A model generated the notes under the pieces. That model did no database searches, was not told the origin of the DNA, and saw nothing but the letters and a program-made list of their open reading frames with translations. Shown here in pieces: positions 42,206 through 51,484 of a stretch of DNA of 64,000 nucleotides. The stretch's first letter is position 1. Each line of letters begins with the position of its first letter. Both the position numbers and the translations under genes were made by a program. The DNA is from an uncultured delta proteobacterium. Its GTDB lineage: Bacteria; Desulfobacterota; RBG-13-43-22. The stretch lies in the NCBI GenBank assembly GCA_963802945.1, contig CAWDKY010000015.1:475413-539412 (forward strand), read 5' to 3'.

Positions 42206-42336
42206 ATCACTTCAACCGGCAATTAGGCCCGGAAACCTATATCAACAAGCAAGGAAATGCTGAGGTCTTTAAAAGACGTTTGGCGTTCAGTGCCTGCCAT
42301 GCAGACCCGCAGGGGCAGGGTCGTCCATCGAAAAAC
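42206..42336 (+). repeat. Junction repeat family 2, copy 3 (diverged)
   Basis: atcacttcaaccggcaattaggcccgg ... tgcctgccatgcagacccgcaggggcagggtcgt. Confidence 0.82.
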
Positions 42337-42391
42337 AAAACACTTAAATGAGGTCAGGGTAAACCAAAAAAGTACTTCCTGTTTCGTCAGT

Positions 42392-42799
42392 TTAACCAAC
42401 TAACCAGTTTTCAACGGTCAATCCATCAATTTTCAAAAAGTGTTTTACGTTTGCTGTGACTAAAACAAGATTATGAGCAATGGCTGTGGACGAAATCAGG
42501 ATATCTTCTAATCCGATCGATTGGCCCTTCTTTCGCAACCGTGCCAGGAGGTCTCCAGCTATTAATCCCTCTTCCGGACCCAGTGAAATAACCTGAAATT
42601 GGGAAATAACTTGTTTTACTATTTTCGGCCAAAAGGAATCAAAATCATTCCGCAGGGCGCTTCCATAGCGTAATTCCATAAGGCAAATAATCGAGGTGAA
42701 CAGGTAATGGATAGGAAGGGACGATAAACGGGAAAGCAAATAGGTATTGGACTTCTTCTTAACTAATTCGCTAAGGATATTCGTGTCCAGTAGGAACAT
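42392..42799 (-). CDS. vapC: VapC-family PIN toxin
   Basis: FLLDTNILSE, ELRYG, GLEDILI, LVLVTANVKHF, VENW. Confidence 0.92.
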   Translation of the reverse strand: MFLLDTNILSELVKKKSNTYLLSRLSSLPIHYLFTSIICLMELRYGSALRNDFDSFWPKIVKQVISQFQVISLGPEEGLIAGDLLARLRKKGQSIGLEDILISSTAIAHNLVLVTANVKHFLKIDGLTVENWLVG

Positions 42800-42804
42800 T
42801 CGAA

Positions 42805-43068
42805 CTATTTTCCCCTTTTTAAGACTCTCGGCTTGTGTTCGGCCCGTTCTTGAACGATTCGGTCAATGGAGGAAAAGAAGGGATCATATCCGTTGAGCCA
42901 ACCCTTGAATTCGAAAATAGGGGAATCGTTTTTTTCCGGCGGAGATAACAAGGCCATTGGTTTCCCCCTTTTAGTGATTACAAACCTTTTTTTCCCGTAG
43001 GCCACTTTCCCCAGTAGTTCGGAGAAAGTTTTTTTGGCCTCGGCGATACTGATGGTTTCTTGATTCAT
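42805..43068 (-). CDS. Phd/YefM-family antitoxin
   Basis: ISIAEAKKTFSELL...FVITKRGKPMA; directly upstream of the PIN toxin. Confidence 0.9.
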   Translation of the reverse strand: MNQETISIAEAKKTFSELLGKVAYGKKRFVITKRGKPMALLSPPEKNDSPIFEFKGWLNGYDPFFSSIDRIVQERAEHKPRVLKRGK

Positions 43069-43204
43069 GGTGTTCCCCTTAAATAGGTCATTTCGGCAAT
43101 TATAGTCATTATGTCCTGTTTGTCAAGGATAACCTGAAAGTGCAAAAAAGGGCAAAGATGAAAGGGTAAAGATAAAAGGTTAGGAAAAACAAGTTCAGAG
43201 GGGG

Positions 43205-43335
43205 AGACTTCGACGAGCCCATCGACAAGCTCTGGGCCTTGAGTATATCGAAAAGGCCCATCGACAAGTTCAGGGCCTTGAGCGATTCGACTTGAGCTCG
43301 TCGACAAGTTTTATCGAAAGGCTCAGTCGAGTCGT
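43205..43335. repeat. Nested REP-like palindromes (tcgacaagctc...gag..gtcga type)
   Basis: Repeated cccatcgacaag(c/t)tc(t/a)gggccttgag units and cttcgac...gctcagtcgagtcg flanks. Confidence 0.65.
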
Positions 43336-43446
43336 TCGGATTTCGGAAAAGAAGATCTGGGGTCAGCCTGATTTATGATTGGTAGATGGTAACTTATCAA
43401 GGTTGACCCCAGATCTATTCAAATCAATGGTTGCCGATCACCCGAA

Positions 43447-44532
43447 CTAGCCCGTTAAGTCTCCCAGTTCTACGTTGGATGCGCCGGGATCGCCAGGTGC
43501 GGGAATATAATCCGGAGGGCGAACCAGCTTCATTTTACGAGCCTTTCCCGGACAAGTAAGCACACAGAGACCGCACCCGAGGCAATCATCCAATATGGTA
43601 ACAGACTGCTTTTTACCGGATTTCCCATCCTCTTTCAGGCTGATGGCCTTAACGGTGCATCGATCAACGCATGTTCCGCAGCCGAGGCATTTTTCCGGGT
43701 CAAGCTCGACAATAAACCGACTTTTCGCAATGGGCGACTGATTCAAAGTGGGCTTGGTATAGTCGTATATATGAAACATTCCACAACAGCAATTATGGCA
43801 ATGACACATCTGTAAAGGCATACGGTTGGTGTTGTCCGTCAGATTGATCAGAGGATATTCCTCCATTTTGTCAAGGAACTTCATAGCCTCGTCCAAAGTA
43901 ATTTCCCGCCCACTACCGCGCGCCAGCGTAAATTCCCCTAATTTGCCGAAGCTGAGACAAACCTCCCGGGGAAGATCACTTTTGCACTGCCGGCCTCTGT
44001 GAAGGGTTTTACAGGTGCAATTGAATAAGACGATAGGAGGCGCATTCTTCAATATCGTTCGCATCTCTTCATTGGGGAGCACACCGGGTATGTCCTGAAT
44101 GGTTTTCCACTTGGGAACAACTCTCATACCCTGTCTCACATTGACTGCCTCACCTCTGGCCACCCTATCCGCCAGATTCTGGATTTCTTCCCGGCTCATG
44201 GCCATAGCCAGATCAAAATATTGGTCATCGTCAAACTTGGAATCAGCCGATCCCGTCAAATCATGCAGTATGAGCCAACTCGTAACCATTTTCCAGCCGC
44301 GTTTGCCCACGGTAACGACACCTTTTTCTAAAAGTAAATTTAATTGTTTCAAAACCGATTCCTGATCAAGGCCGAGTTTTTTGGCGATTTCTTCCGGCGG
44401 GGACGGGAGCTCGCTCAGTATTTTGGCCTGTTCAAGCGTCACCAGCCTTTGCAGCAATTCCGGTAATACTTTTGATTTCGGCTTTTTCATTCTCGCCGCT
44501 AATTCATGATACACAGGATCTATGGTACTCAT
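43447..44532 (-). CDS. 4Fe-4S dicluster protein with N-terminal HTH-like domain (paralogue 3 of 3)
   Basis: CTCK, MCHCHNCCC, CLGCGTCVDRC, CLGCGLCVLTCP, VRPPDYIP; RBS aaaggag. Confidence 0.85.
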   Translation of the reverse strand: MSTIDPVYHELAARMKKPKSKVLPELLQRLVTLEQAKILSELPSPPEEIAKKLGLDQESVLKQLNLLLEKGVVTVGKRGWKMVTSWLILHDLTGSADSKFDDDQYFDLAMAMSREEIQNLADRVARGEAVNVRQGMRVVPKWKTIQDIPGVLPNEEMRTILKNAPPIVLFNCTCKTLHRGRQCKSDLPREVCLSFGKLGEFTLARGSGREITLDEAMKFLDKMEEYPLINLTDNTNRMPLQMCHCHNCCCGMFHIYDYTKPTLNQSPIAKSRFIVELDPEKCLGCGTCVDRCTVKAISLKEDGKSGKKQSVTILDDCLGCGLCVLTCPGKARKMKLVRPPDYIPAPGDPGASNVELGDLTG

Positions 44533-44810
44533 TTCCTCTCCTTTCGAGTTTTCCTTCATCTGAAAAATGATTATCCGCACCGCCTCCGCAGATTTTCTTC
44601 AATTTTAAAGTATCATTTTATAATAGAGGGAGTCAATTGTCATTAACCATGGCGTTTTGCTGAATCTTCTTGGCAGTCAAGAACTCTAAGGGGTAAAGTC
44701 TGTTCTTGACTCTTTTTCAAATTTTATTCAACTGAAAATATTTTGATAAAAGACTAAATGCTTGCCTGATCAAAAAATAGACTGGCTGCTCGGCTATCCA
44801 TTTAACCGGT

Positions 44811-44905
44811 TAACCGGCAATCAGGCCCGGAAACTTATTTCAACAATCAAAGAAATGATAAAGTCTTGAAAAGACGTTCGGCGTTCAGAGTTCGGCGTTC
44901 GACGA
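44811..44905 (+). repeat. Junction repeat family 2, copy 4 (lacks the internal GC hairpin)
   Basis: aaccggcaatcaggcccggaaac.tat.tcaacaa.caa.gaaatg...aaagacgtt.ggcgttcag matches copy 3. Confidence 0.78.
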
Positions 44906-44996
44906 CCAAACCAAAGGGGTGAAAGACCAAATAACCCCAATTTTTTTGAAGACCCTTGCAACTTTGCCCATGGATAAAATGGTCTATTTCCCACTA

Positions 44997-45025
44997 TTGA
45001 CATTTGTAAATTATGGGATTATAAT
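44997..45025 (+). promoter_or_regulatory. Consensus sigma70 promoter of the AbrB/RelE-like pair
   Basis: TTGACA-17 nt-TATAAT, 31 nt upstream of ATG 45057 (RBS aaggag). Confidence 0.85.
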
Positions 45026-45056
45026 AATATTCAAATTTTATTAAGGAGAACCATCG

Positions 45057-45332
45057 ATGTCTGAAATCAATATCTTAAAAACAGACCATCGGGGGAGGGT
45101 TACCCTTCCCGCCCCTTTTCGAAAAGAGCCTTTGTTTGAATACATTATCGAGGGGGAACAAATCATTCTTTATCCCGTCCAGACTGTTCGTAAATTCCCG
45201 GACATGTCCGACCTTCCGGAAGAAAAACTTTCTCCCCAATGGGAACAAAAAGAACAAAAGGTAACCAAGGATACCCGTAAGGGGATAGAGGCCTCCTATG
45301 CTTCGGAGGCCTTGAAAAAGTTCAAAAAATAA
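45057..45332 (+). CDS. Putative AbrB/MazE-like antitoxin
   Basis: KTDHRGRVTLPAPFRK swapped-hairpin motif; upstream of a small toxin-like gene. Confidence 0.7.
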   Translation: MSEINILKTDHRGRVTLPAPFRKEPLFEYIIEGEQIILYPVQTVRKFPDMSDLPEEKLSPQWEQKEQKVTKDTRKGIEASYASEALKKFKK

Positions 45333-45338
45333 TCCTCT

Positions 45339-45650
45339 ATGCCCTTCAAAATCCTTCCATTTCAGTTTTATTTTGAACCTTTTTTTCTGGAAAGTTATGC
45401 CATTTTGTCGCCTAAGGAACAAAAAACCATCAATAAGGCCCTGGATTACTTGGCCGGCAACCCTCGTCATCCCTCTCTTAACGTACATAAAACTAAAAAT
45501 GTGTTTGCCAAATATCCGGTCGGGGGCAATGAAGTATTCATTGCCTATGCCTCCCGGACTCTACGGTTTACCTTTGAGTATGGGCCTGAGCCGGGAATGA
45601 TTGCTCTTCGAAATTGTGGTCATCACGAATCAAGTGAACGAAAAATCTAA
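45339..45650 (+). CDS. Putative RelE/ParE-superfamily toxin
   Basis: F..SY..LSPKEQKTINKAL..LAGNPRHPSLNVHK...LRFTF...LRNCGHH. Confidence 0.72.
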   Translation: MPFKILPFQFYFEPFFLESYAILSPKEQKTINKALDYLAGNPRHPSLNVHKTKNVFAKYPVGGNEVFIAYASRTLRFTFEYGPEPGMIALRNCGHHESSERKI

Positions 45651-45742
45651 TCCTTTCCGAGGGGCAAAAAAATAGTTCAAGGCTGAAAGCTCAAAGGGGG
45701 GATAGAGAAAAAAGGTCGGAATCCTGTTTTTCATCCCCACAA

Positions 45743-46483
45743 TTACTGGATGATGGCCGAGGCCTCGGGATCAAAGGGATTTTTTCGGACCTCGAGGGAA
45801 AAGAGGTAGGGATAATCTTCTTTTAAATGTTTTAAATAGACCAGCCATTCGGAAATCAGCAAAGCCAGAGCCCGTTTCATATCCACTGCTAGATGGGCCA
45901 GGTCGTTCGCCGGCAGACCGGTCAAGGTCTCCCGGCAATCCAATTCATCGGTCAAATGAAAAACAGCCCAAAGCAGATCGGTAAAGGAATCGTGCTCCAG
46001 CAAGCTGGGATTTTCTAAGAGGCGAAGCAAAAAGACTCGTTGGCCCAAAAGAAAGACCTTCAATTCTTTTAATAAATCTATGTTAACTTCTAAGTGATAA
46101 TTAAATTCCTTAAAAATTTTACTCTCAGTTATGAAGTGTTGTCCCGTCCATCCATCCTTAAACAAAAGCCTCTTTCTGACGGTTTCATCGTCCGGCTGGA
46201 AGGCATAGAGACGTTTTAAAAGAAGAGTGCCCACTTCACCAAAGAAGACCCCGATAACCATATTCATCTTCTTTAACAAGGCCTGTTTTTCCCGGACTGT
46301 CAGTAACTGATTAATGATTAAGGTGACCAACAAAACTTGAATAGGCACAAAAGCCAAATCCTGGAATAAATAAAAGAAGGTTTCTCGCGGGGTATGAAAA
46401 ATGTCGATCTGGACCAGATAAAAAAGGGCCGACAACAGCAAGAACCCGGCCCCTAATAATAATTCCCAGCGAAATCGTTTCAT
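45743..46483 (-). CDS. Conserved hypothetical membrane protein (two N-terminal TM helices)
   Basis: Hydrophobic N-terminus; DLAFVPIQVLLVTLII, LLENPSLLEHDSFTDLLWAVFHL, YPYLFSL. Confidence 0.78.
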   Translation of the reverse strand: MKRFRWELLLGAGFLLLSALFYLVQIDIFHTPRETFFYLFQDLAFVPIQVLLVTLIINQLLTVREKQALLKKMNMVIGVFFGEVGTLLLKRLYAFQPDDETVRKRLLFKDGWTGQHFITESKIFKEFNYHLEVNIDLLKELKVFLLGQRVFLLRLLENPSLLEHDSFTDLLWAVFHLTDELDCRETLTGLPANDLAHLAVDMKRALALLISEWLVYLKHLKEDYPYLFSLEVRKNPFDPEASAIIQ

Positions 46484-46638
46484 CGTGCCTTTCCTTTGAA
46501 CATGACTATTGCGCCACACACCGATTCACGAAAGATAACTTTTTGTTTTTCCTCGAAAGCCTTTCTCCATAGAAAGGGGATTTGGGAGAATCATAACGTT
46601 TTATCGTTTTACAAGCAACCCTTTCTTTGGGTGACTAA

Positions 46639-46745
46639 CAGGTTGCTGAAACCGGGTACCGCCCCGAAGGGGTGGGAGTAAGACGAGATGTGGGGCGAAC
46701 AAAAAGGCCCATCTATCCCGCCAACGGCGGGATTGCCATCATCCC
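46639..46745 (-). mobile_element. MITE-like palindromic element, copy 3 (partial, inverted)
   Basis: Reverse complement matches the right half of 11891-12079 (atcccgccgttggcgggatagatgggcctttttgttcgcccca...tttcagcaacctg). Confidence 0.78.
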
Positions 46746-46801
46746 CTTTTTTAAGACCTTGGGTAAGATTTAATATGAGTAAGTTGCTAATTATATTTTA
46801 T

Positions 46802-46830
46802 TTGACAAAAGCAAAGACAAAAAGTATTAT
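46802..46830 (+). promoter_or_regulatory. sigma70 promoter of the rpsF operon
   Basis: TTGACA-17 nt-TATTAT. Confidence 0.75.
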
Positions 46831-46837
46831 AATAATT

Positions 46838-46880
46838 TCCCCTTGCTCCCAGTAGGGGGGCTTTATTATCCATAAGGAGG
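46838..46880 (+). ncRNA. Probable S6:S18 (rpsF) leader RNA
   Basis: ccttgc-tccc-agta-gggg-ggc...aaggagg; the pyrimidine anti-SD can pair with the RBS, as in known rpsF leaders. Confidence 0.55.
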
Positions 46881-46884
46881 AAGT

Positions 46885-47313
46885 ATGAGGAGATATGAGC
46901 TTATTTTTATCGTTCAGCCGGAGCTGAGCGAGGAGGAAACCAAAGCCATTACGGATCGTTATCTTCAGATCATTACGGCCCAAAAAGGAACCATCATTAA
47001 AACGGAGGACTGGGGCAAGCGCCGTCTGGCCTATGATATCAAAAAGCAATCCAGAGGGAACTATATCCTGGTTGATTTTTACGGCCAGGGTTCCATGATT
47101 CAAGAGATTGAACGGAATCTCAAGATCGACGATAACATCTTGAAATTTATTACGGTCAAGACCAGAGACCCCTTCAATCCTGAGTCTCTGGAAGAAGAGC
47201 GAAAAAAGGAACAGCTCCTTCAGGCAGCCCAGATCGCCCCCGAGGAACTTGAGCCGGCCGAAACCCAGGAATCGGTTTTGGAAGAAATCGATTCGGAAAA
47301 GGAAGGAGAATAG
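46885..47313 (+). CDS. rpsF: 30S ribosomal protein S6
   Basis: MRRYELIFIVQP, WGKRRLAYDI, acidic tail. Confidence 0.97.
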   Translation: MRRYELIFIVQPELSEEETKAITDRYLQIITAQKGTIIKTEDWGKRRLAYDIKKQSRGNYILVDFYGQGSMIQEIERNLKIDDNILKFITVKTRDPFNPESLEEERKKEQLLQAAQIAPEELEPAETQESVLEEIDSEKEGE

Positions 47314-47316
47314 GCC

Positions 47317-47568
47317 ATGCTGCAAGCAAGAAGAAAAAAAAGGATTTTCCCCCGCCGTAAGGTCTGCCGTTTTTGTGCCGACAGTTCGATGATCATTGAT
47401 TATAAAGACTCTAAATTGTTAAAGCACTTTACTTCTGAACGGGGGAAGATCATCCCCAGGAGGATCAGCGGAAATTGTGCCAAACATCAACGGGAATTAA
47501 CGGTAGCGATAAAAAGGGCCCGCCAGATCGCTTTACTCCCTTATCTGGCCACCTCTATTCAGCATTAG
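47317..47568 (+). CDS. rpsR: 30S ribosomal protein S18
   Basis: [37 protein letters not shown]. Confidence 0.98.
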   Translation: MLQARRKKRIFPRRKVCRFCADSSMIIDYKDSKLLKHFTSERGKIIPRRISGNCAKHQRELTVAIKRARQIALLPYLATSIQH

Positions 47569-47775
47569 CATAGTTGGGTTCGAAGATTCGAGGATTTTAA
47601 TGTTTTAAGTTTGTCGTTCGGGGTGGTTAGTTATTATTGGGAACTACCTACTCGAACTACAAACCTGTCCCAGGCCCATTTCTTTTTTCCATTAGCCAAA
47701 ACCGCCATCCCAAAAGCTTGCCTTGGACAGAAAAATCAGATAAGATCATCCCATCATCTCCAGGAGGTTCGAATT

Positions 47776-48222
47776 ATGAAAGTTATTTTAAAAGAAGATA
47801 TTTCCACTTTGGGAAAGGCCGGTGACCTGGTAGAGGTGGCCCGAGGTTATGGTAGAAATTTTTTAATTCCTCACGGGAAAGCCCTGGAAGCAACTCCAGA
47901 TCAACAAAAACAGTTGGAAGAGCACAAACGGATTATCTTAAAGAGAAAAGCCAAAGACATGGAGGCGGCTCGAATGCTGGCTGGGCAATTTGATGCTTTG
48001 AGCCTGGAGCTGTCCCGCAAGGTACAGGAAGAAGGGAAAATATTCGGATCGGTCTCGGCCAAGGACCTGGCGGAAAAATTGGCCGAGCAAAATATCTTGC
48101 TGGACCGGAAAAAGATCCTCCTGAAGGAGCCGATCCGCACCGTGGGCAACTATGAAGTGCCTATTAAACTGGAGGCCGGGGTTACGGCCCTTTTAAAAGT
48201 ATCGGTAGTCGAAGACAAGTAA
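47776..48222 (+). CDS. rplI: 50S ribosomal protein L9
   Basis: MKVILKEDISTLGKAGDLVEVARGYGRNFLIP; RBS caggagg. Confidence 0.97.
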   Translation: MKVILKEDISTLGKAGDLVEVARGYGRNFLIPHGKALEATPDQQKQLEEHKRIILKRKAKDMEAARMLAGQFDALSLELSRKVQEEGKIFGSVSAKDLAEKLAEQNILLDRKKILLKEPIRTVGNYEVPIKLEAGVTALLKVSVVEDK

Positions 48223-48229
48223 TATCCCA

Positions 48230-49600
48230 ATGAGCAACGAGGATTTCACCAACCTGAAAATCCCGCCTCAGAACATTGAGGCCGAGCAGTCGGTTCTGGG
48301 AAGTGTTTTACTGGAACCGGAAGCCCTGTCCCGGGTCCTGGAGGTCATGACCGGGGGGGATTTCTACCGGGAGGCCCACCGAAAGATTTTTGCCTCCATG
48401 GTGGAGCTTTATCAAAAAGGGACCCCGGTTGATCTGGTTACCCTGATGGAAGCTCTTCGAAACAAAGGACAGTTGGAGGAAATCGGAGGGGCCAGCTATC
48501 TGACTTCGCTGACTGATGCCATCCCTTCGGCCATCAATGTGGATGTCTATGCCCGGATCATCCGGGAAAAATCCATCCTGCGCCGCCTGATCAACCGGGC
48601 CAGCGAGATTGCCAGCAAAGGGTATGGTTTTGCCGGCGATGCCGAAGACCTGTTGGATGAGGCCGAAAAATCCATTTTCGAAATCTCAGAGGACAAGATC
48701 AATCCCCTGGTCTATCTCCTCAGTGACGTTATTAAAGAAGGTATGGGCACCCTCGAACAATTGTTCGAACGTAAAGAAATCGTAACCGGGATTCCAAGCG
48801 GATTTACCCAGTTGGACAAGCTCACCTCCGGTTTCCAAAACTCCGATCTGGTTATTATCGCCGGCCGCCCCAGTATGGGGAAAACGGCCTTTGCCTTAAA
48901 TATCGCCCGAAACGCCGCAATCGATCATGAAATACCGGTGGTCTTTTTTTCCTTGGAGATGTCCAGGCAACAACTGGCCTTGCGAATGCTTTGCAGCGAA
49001 GCCTGGGTGGATTCCAATAAAGTCCGGACCGGGTTTTTCGGGGAAAGGGAGTGGCCTAAGCTGACCGCCGCCGCCGGGAAGTTATCCGAGGCCCCGATCT
49101 TTATTGATGATTCACCGACCCTGTCCGTTTTACAGATGCGGGCCAAGGCCCGACGTTTAAAATCCGAAAAAGGTCTGGGTTTGGTTGTGGTGGATTATCT
49201 CCAGCTCATGAAGGGAAGAGAAGGGAGCGAACGAAGGGAACAGGAAATATCCGAAATTTCCCGATCGTTAAAGGCCCTGGCCAAGGAATTGAGTCTTCCG
49301 GTTGTTGCCTTGTCTCAGCTCAATCGCCGTCCTGAAGGTCGGGATGACAAAAAACCGGTCCTGGCCGATCTCCGGGAATCGGGAGCCATTGAACAGGACG
49401 CCGATGTCATTTGTTTTCTTTATCGCGAAGAAATGTATGAAGAAAATTCCAAGCAGAAAGGGATCGCCGAAATTTTACTCCGGAAGCATCGCAACGGCCC
49501 CACCGGCTCGGTTTCTCTGAAATTTTTCCCCGAATTCACCCGGTTTGAAGATCTGGCCCAGGACTTCGAAGAACCCTTTGTCAAAGGAGTCGAGGATTAA
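48230..49600 (+). CDS. dnaB: Replicative DNA helicase
   Basis: PPQNIEAEQSVLG, AGRPSMGKT, VDYLQL, LSQLNR, DLRESGAIEQDAD, KHRNGPTG. Confidence 0.98.
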   Translation: MSNEDFTNLKIPPQNIEAEQSVLGSVLLEPEALSRVLEVMTGGDFYREAHRKIFASMVELYQKGTPVDLVTLMEALRNKGQLEEIGGASYLTSLTDAIPSAINVDVYARIIREKSILRRLINRASEIASKGYGFAGDAEDLLDEAEKSIFEISEDKINPLVYLLSDVIKEGMGTLEQLFERKEIVTGIPSGFTQLDKLTSGFQNSDLVIIAGRPSMGKTAFALNIARNAAIDHEIPVVFFSLEMSRQQLALRMLCSEAWVDSNKVRTGFFGEREWPKLTAAAGKLSEAPIFIDDSPTLSVLQMRAKARRLKSEKGLGLVVVDYLQLMKGREGSERREQEISEISRSLKALAKELSLPVVALSQLNRRPEGRDDKKPVLADLRESGAIEQDADVICFLYREEMYEENSKQKGIAEILLRKHRNGPTGSVSLKFFPEFTRFEDLAQDFEEPFVKGVED

Positions 49601-51212
49601 CCGCATTTTTGGGCAAACATTCGGTCTCAAAGCCCTTCATTTAAAAAAACTCCAATCCCTGTTTCGCCGACAGATAAATCCCTCCCAGATTGTTTCTCCC
49701 GAATTAGCCAATTTTTTAGCCCAACTTTCCTTTGAGCTCAATCGTCAAATAGGTCTGTTAATCAACCGTAAAGGCGGGATCGAAACCGTGATCCTGGGTG
49801 ATGACCAATCCATTGTTATTCCATCGCTGTCTCAATTCCGGATTGCGGCCGGCCGGCTCAAGGGCCTTCGTTTGGTTCATACCCATTTAAAAAGAGAGCC
49901 GATCAGCGAAGAAGATAAGATGGACTTGGCCTTGCTGCGTCTGGATATGGTAACCGCCATCGCGATCAATACTAATGGTCAGGCAGGGTGGCTATATACG
50001 GCCCACCTCCTGCCCAATAATCCGGAAGGCCGGCAATGGATGATCCTGGAACCGGAACCTGTTGGGCAATCCCATGTGGACGTCGTAGGTTTGATCCGTT
50101 CCCTCGAGGAAGAATGGGGAAGAAAAATCGTTTCTAAAAAAATTCATCCCCCGGGAGAACGGGCCATTCTGATCAGTGTGACCACCCGGCCCAGGGCAGC
50201 CGTCCAGGAATCCATGCAGGAATTGGAGGAACTCGCCCGTTCGGCCGGTCTTTGGGTTCTGGAAACGGTGATCCAATCCAGAAAAGAGATCAGCCCCAAA
50301 TTCCTCATGGGCAAAGACCGCTTAAGCAGTCTGTCTATCCGGGCCCTCCAACTCGGGGCCACCTTGTTGGTCTTCGACCAGGATCTGAATCCGTCTCAAG
50401 TGAGATCTCTGACCGATTTCACGGATCTTAAGGTGATTGACCGCACCCAATTGATCCTGGATATCTTTGCCCAGCGGGCCAGGACCCGGGAAGGCAAACT
50501 CCAGGTGGAGATGGCCCAATTGAAATATATCCTGCCCCGTCTGGTCGGCAGGGATGATGCCTTGTCTCGTTTGACCGGAGGTATCGGGGGCCGGGGCCCT
50601 GGAGAAACCAGACTGGAAATCGACCGCCGCCGGGTCAGGGATAAAATTCATCGTCTCCAAAAAGAGTTGGAAGCCATACGGGGCCAGCGTAAACAACGCC
50701 GGGGAAAAAGAAACCGTAAAGGCTTGCCGGTGTTTTCCATTGTCGGCTACACCAACGCCGGGAAATCCACCCTCTTAAACACCCTGACCCACAGCCGCCT
50801 GAAGGCCGAAGACCTCTATTTTGCCACCCTTGATCCGACCAGCCGCCGGCTCAGGTTTCCCAAAGATCGAGAAGTGATCATAACCGATACCGTGGGCTTT
50901 ATTAAAAACCTGCCTCAAGATTTGCTGACCGCCTTCCGGGCCACCCTGGAAGAGTTGGAGGAGGCCGACCTGCTGGTACATGTCATTGATATCAGTCATC
51001 CCCGCTTTGAAGAACAGATGCTGGTGGTGGAAAGTCTTTTAGCCGAGTTGGAACTGTCCCGGATCCCGATTGTGCGGGTTTTCAACAAAGCAGATCTGGT
51101 TTCCAGGGAATATGCCGACATCCAGTGCTCCCGTCATCAGGCCATCCCGGTCTGCGCTCTACAAGAAGAGAGCTTGAGGCAATTGCTGGTAGCTATGGAA
51201 CAGGCCATATGA
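49596..51212 (+). CDS. hflX: GTPase HflX (long form), probable ATT start
   Basis: VIDRTQLILDIFAQRA, GPGETRLE.DRR, VGYTNAGKST, FATLDPT, DTVGFI, NKAD; RBS aaggag 6 nt before ATT at 49596. Confidence 0.92.
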   Translation: MNRIFGQTFGLKALHLKKLQSLFRRQINPSQIVSPELANFLAQLSFELNRQIGLLINRKGGIETVILGDDQSIVIPSLSQFRIAAGRLKGLRLVHTHLKREPISEEDKMDLALLRLDMVTAIAINTNGQAGWLYTAHLLPNNPEGRQWMILEPEPVGQSHVDVVGLIRSLEEEWGRKIVSKKIHPPGERAILISVTTRPRAAVQESMQELEELARSAGLWVLETVIQSRKEISPKFLMGKDRLSSLSIRALQLGATLLVFDQDLNPSQVRSLTDFTDLKVIDRTQLILDIFAQRARTREGKLQVEMAQLKYILPRLVGRDDALSRLTGGIGGRGPGETRLEIDRRRVRDKIHRLQKELEAIRGQRKQRRGKRNRKGLPVFSIVGYTNAGKSTLLNTLTHSRLKAEDLYFATLDPTSRRLRFPKDREVIITDTVGFIKNLPQDLLTAFRATLEELEEADLLVHVIDISHPRFEEQMLVVESLLAELELSRIPIVRVFNKADLVSREYADIQCSRHQAIPVCALQEESLRQLLVAMEQAI

Positions 51213-51288
51213 GTTTGAAATTGGCATTTTTTAGTCAATTTGCCTTGACACAAAAGTTTCCCTTTCAATATACTCCAATCAAAAATAA

Positions 51289-51484
51289 AGTTGAGGACGA
51301 TATCCTCAAGTTCCTTCAGGCCGAGGGCGTGGATAAGGGAAAAATCACCAAGTGGATGCTTCCGGTGTATGTCGCCTTTGTAGATGATATCCCCAAGACC
51401 AGCGTGGGCAAGTACGATAAGATAGCCGTCAGGAAGAGGATGGAAGAGTTCGTCTCCAAGGCTAAGAAGGTGCGCCTGGCCTAA
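51289..51484 (+). pseudogene. 3' remnant of an AMP-dependent acyl-CoA ligase
   Basis: ITKWMLPVYVAFVDDIPKTSVGKYDK, the AMP-binding C-terminal signature; no N-terminus. Confidence 0.72.

Noticed and set aside
26421-45000. CRISPR array or canonical integron
   Set aside because: Repeats are 50-270 bp, irregularly spaced and separated by whole genes. There are no cas or intI genes, and I found no convincing RYYYAAC...GTTRRRY attC structure.
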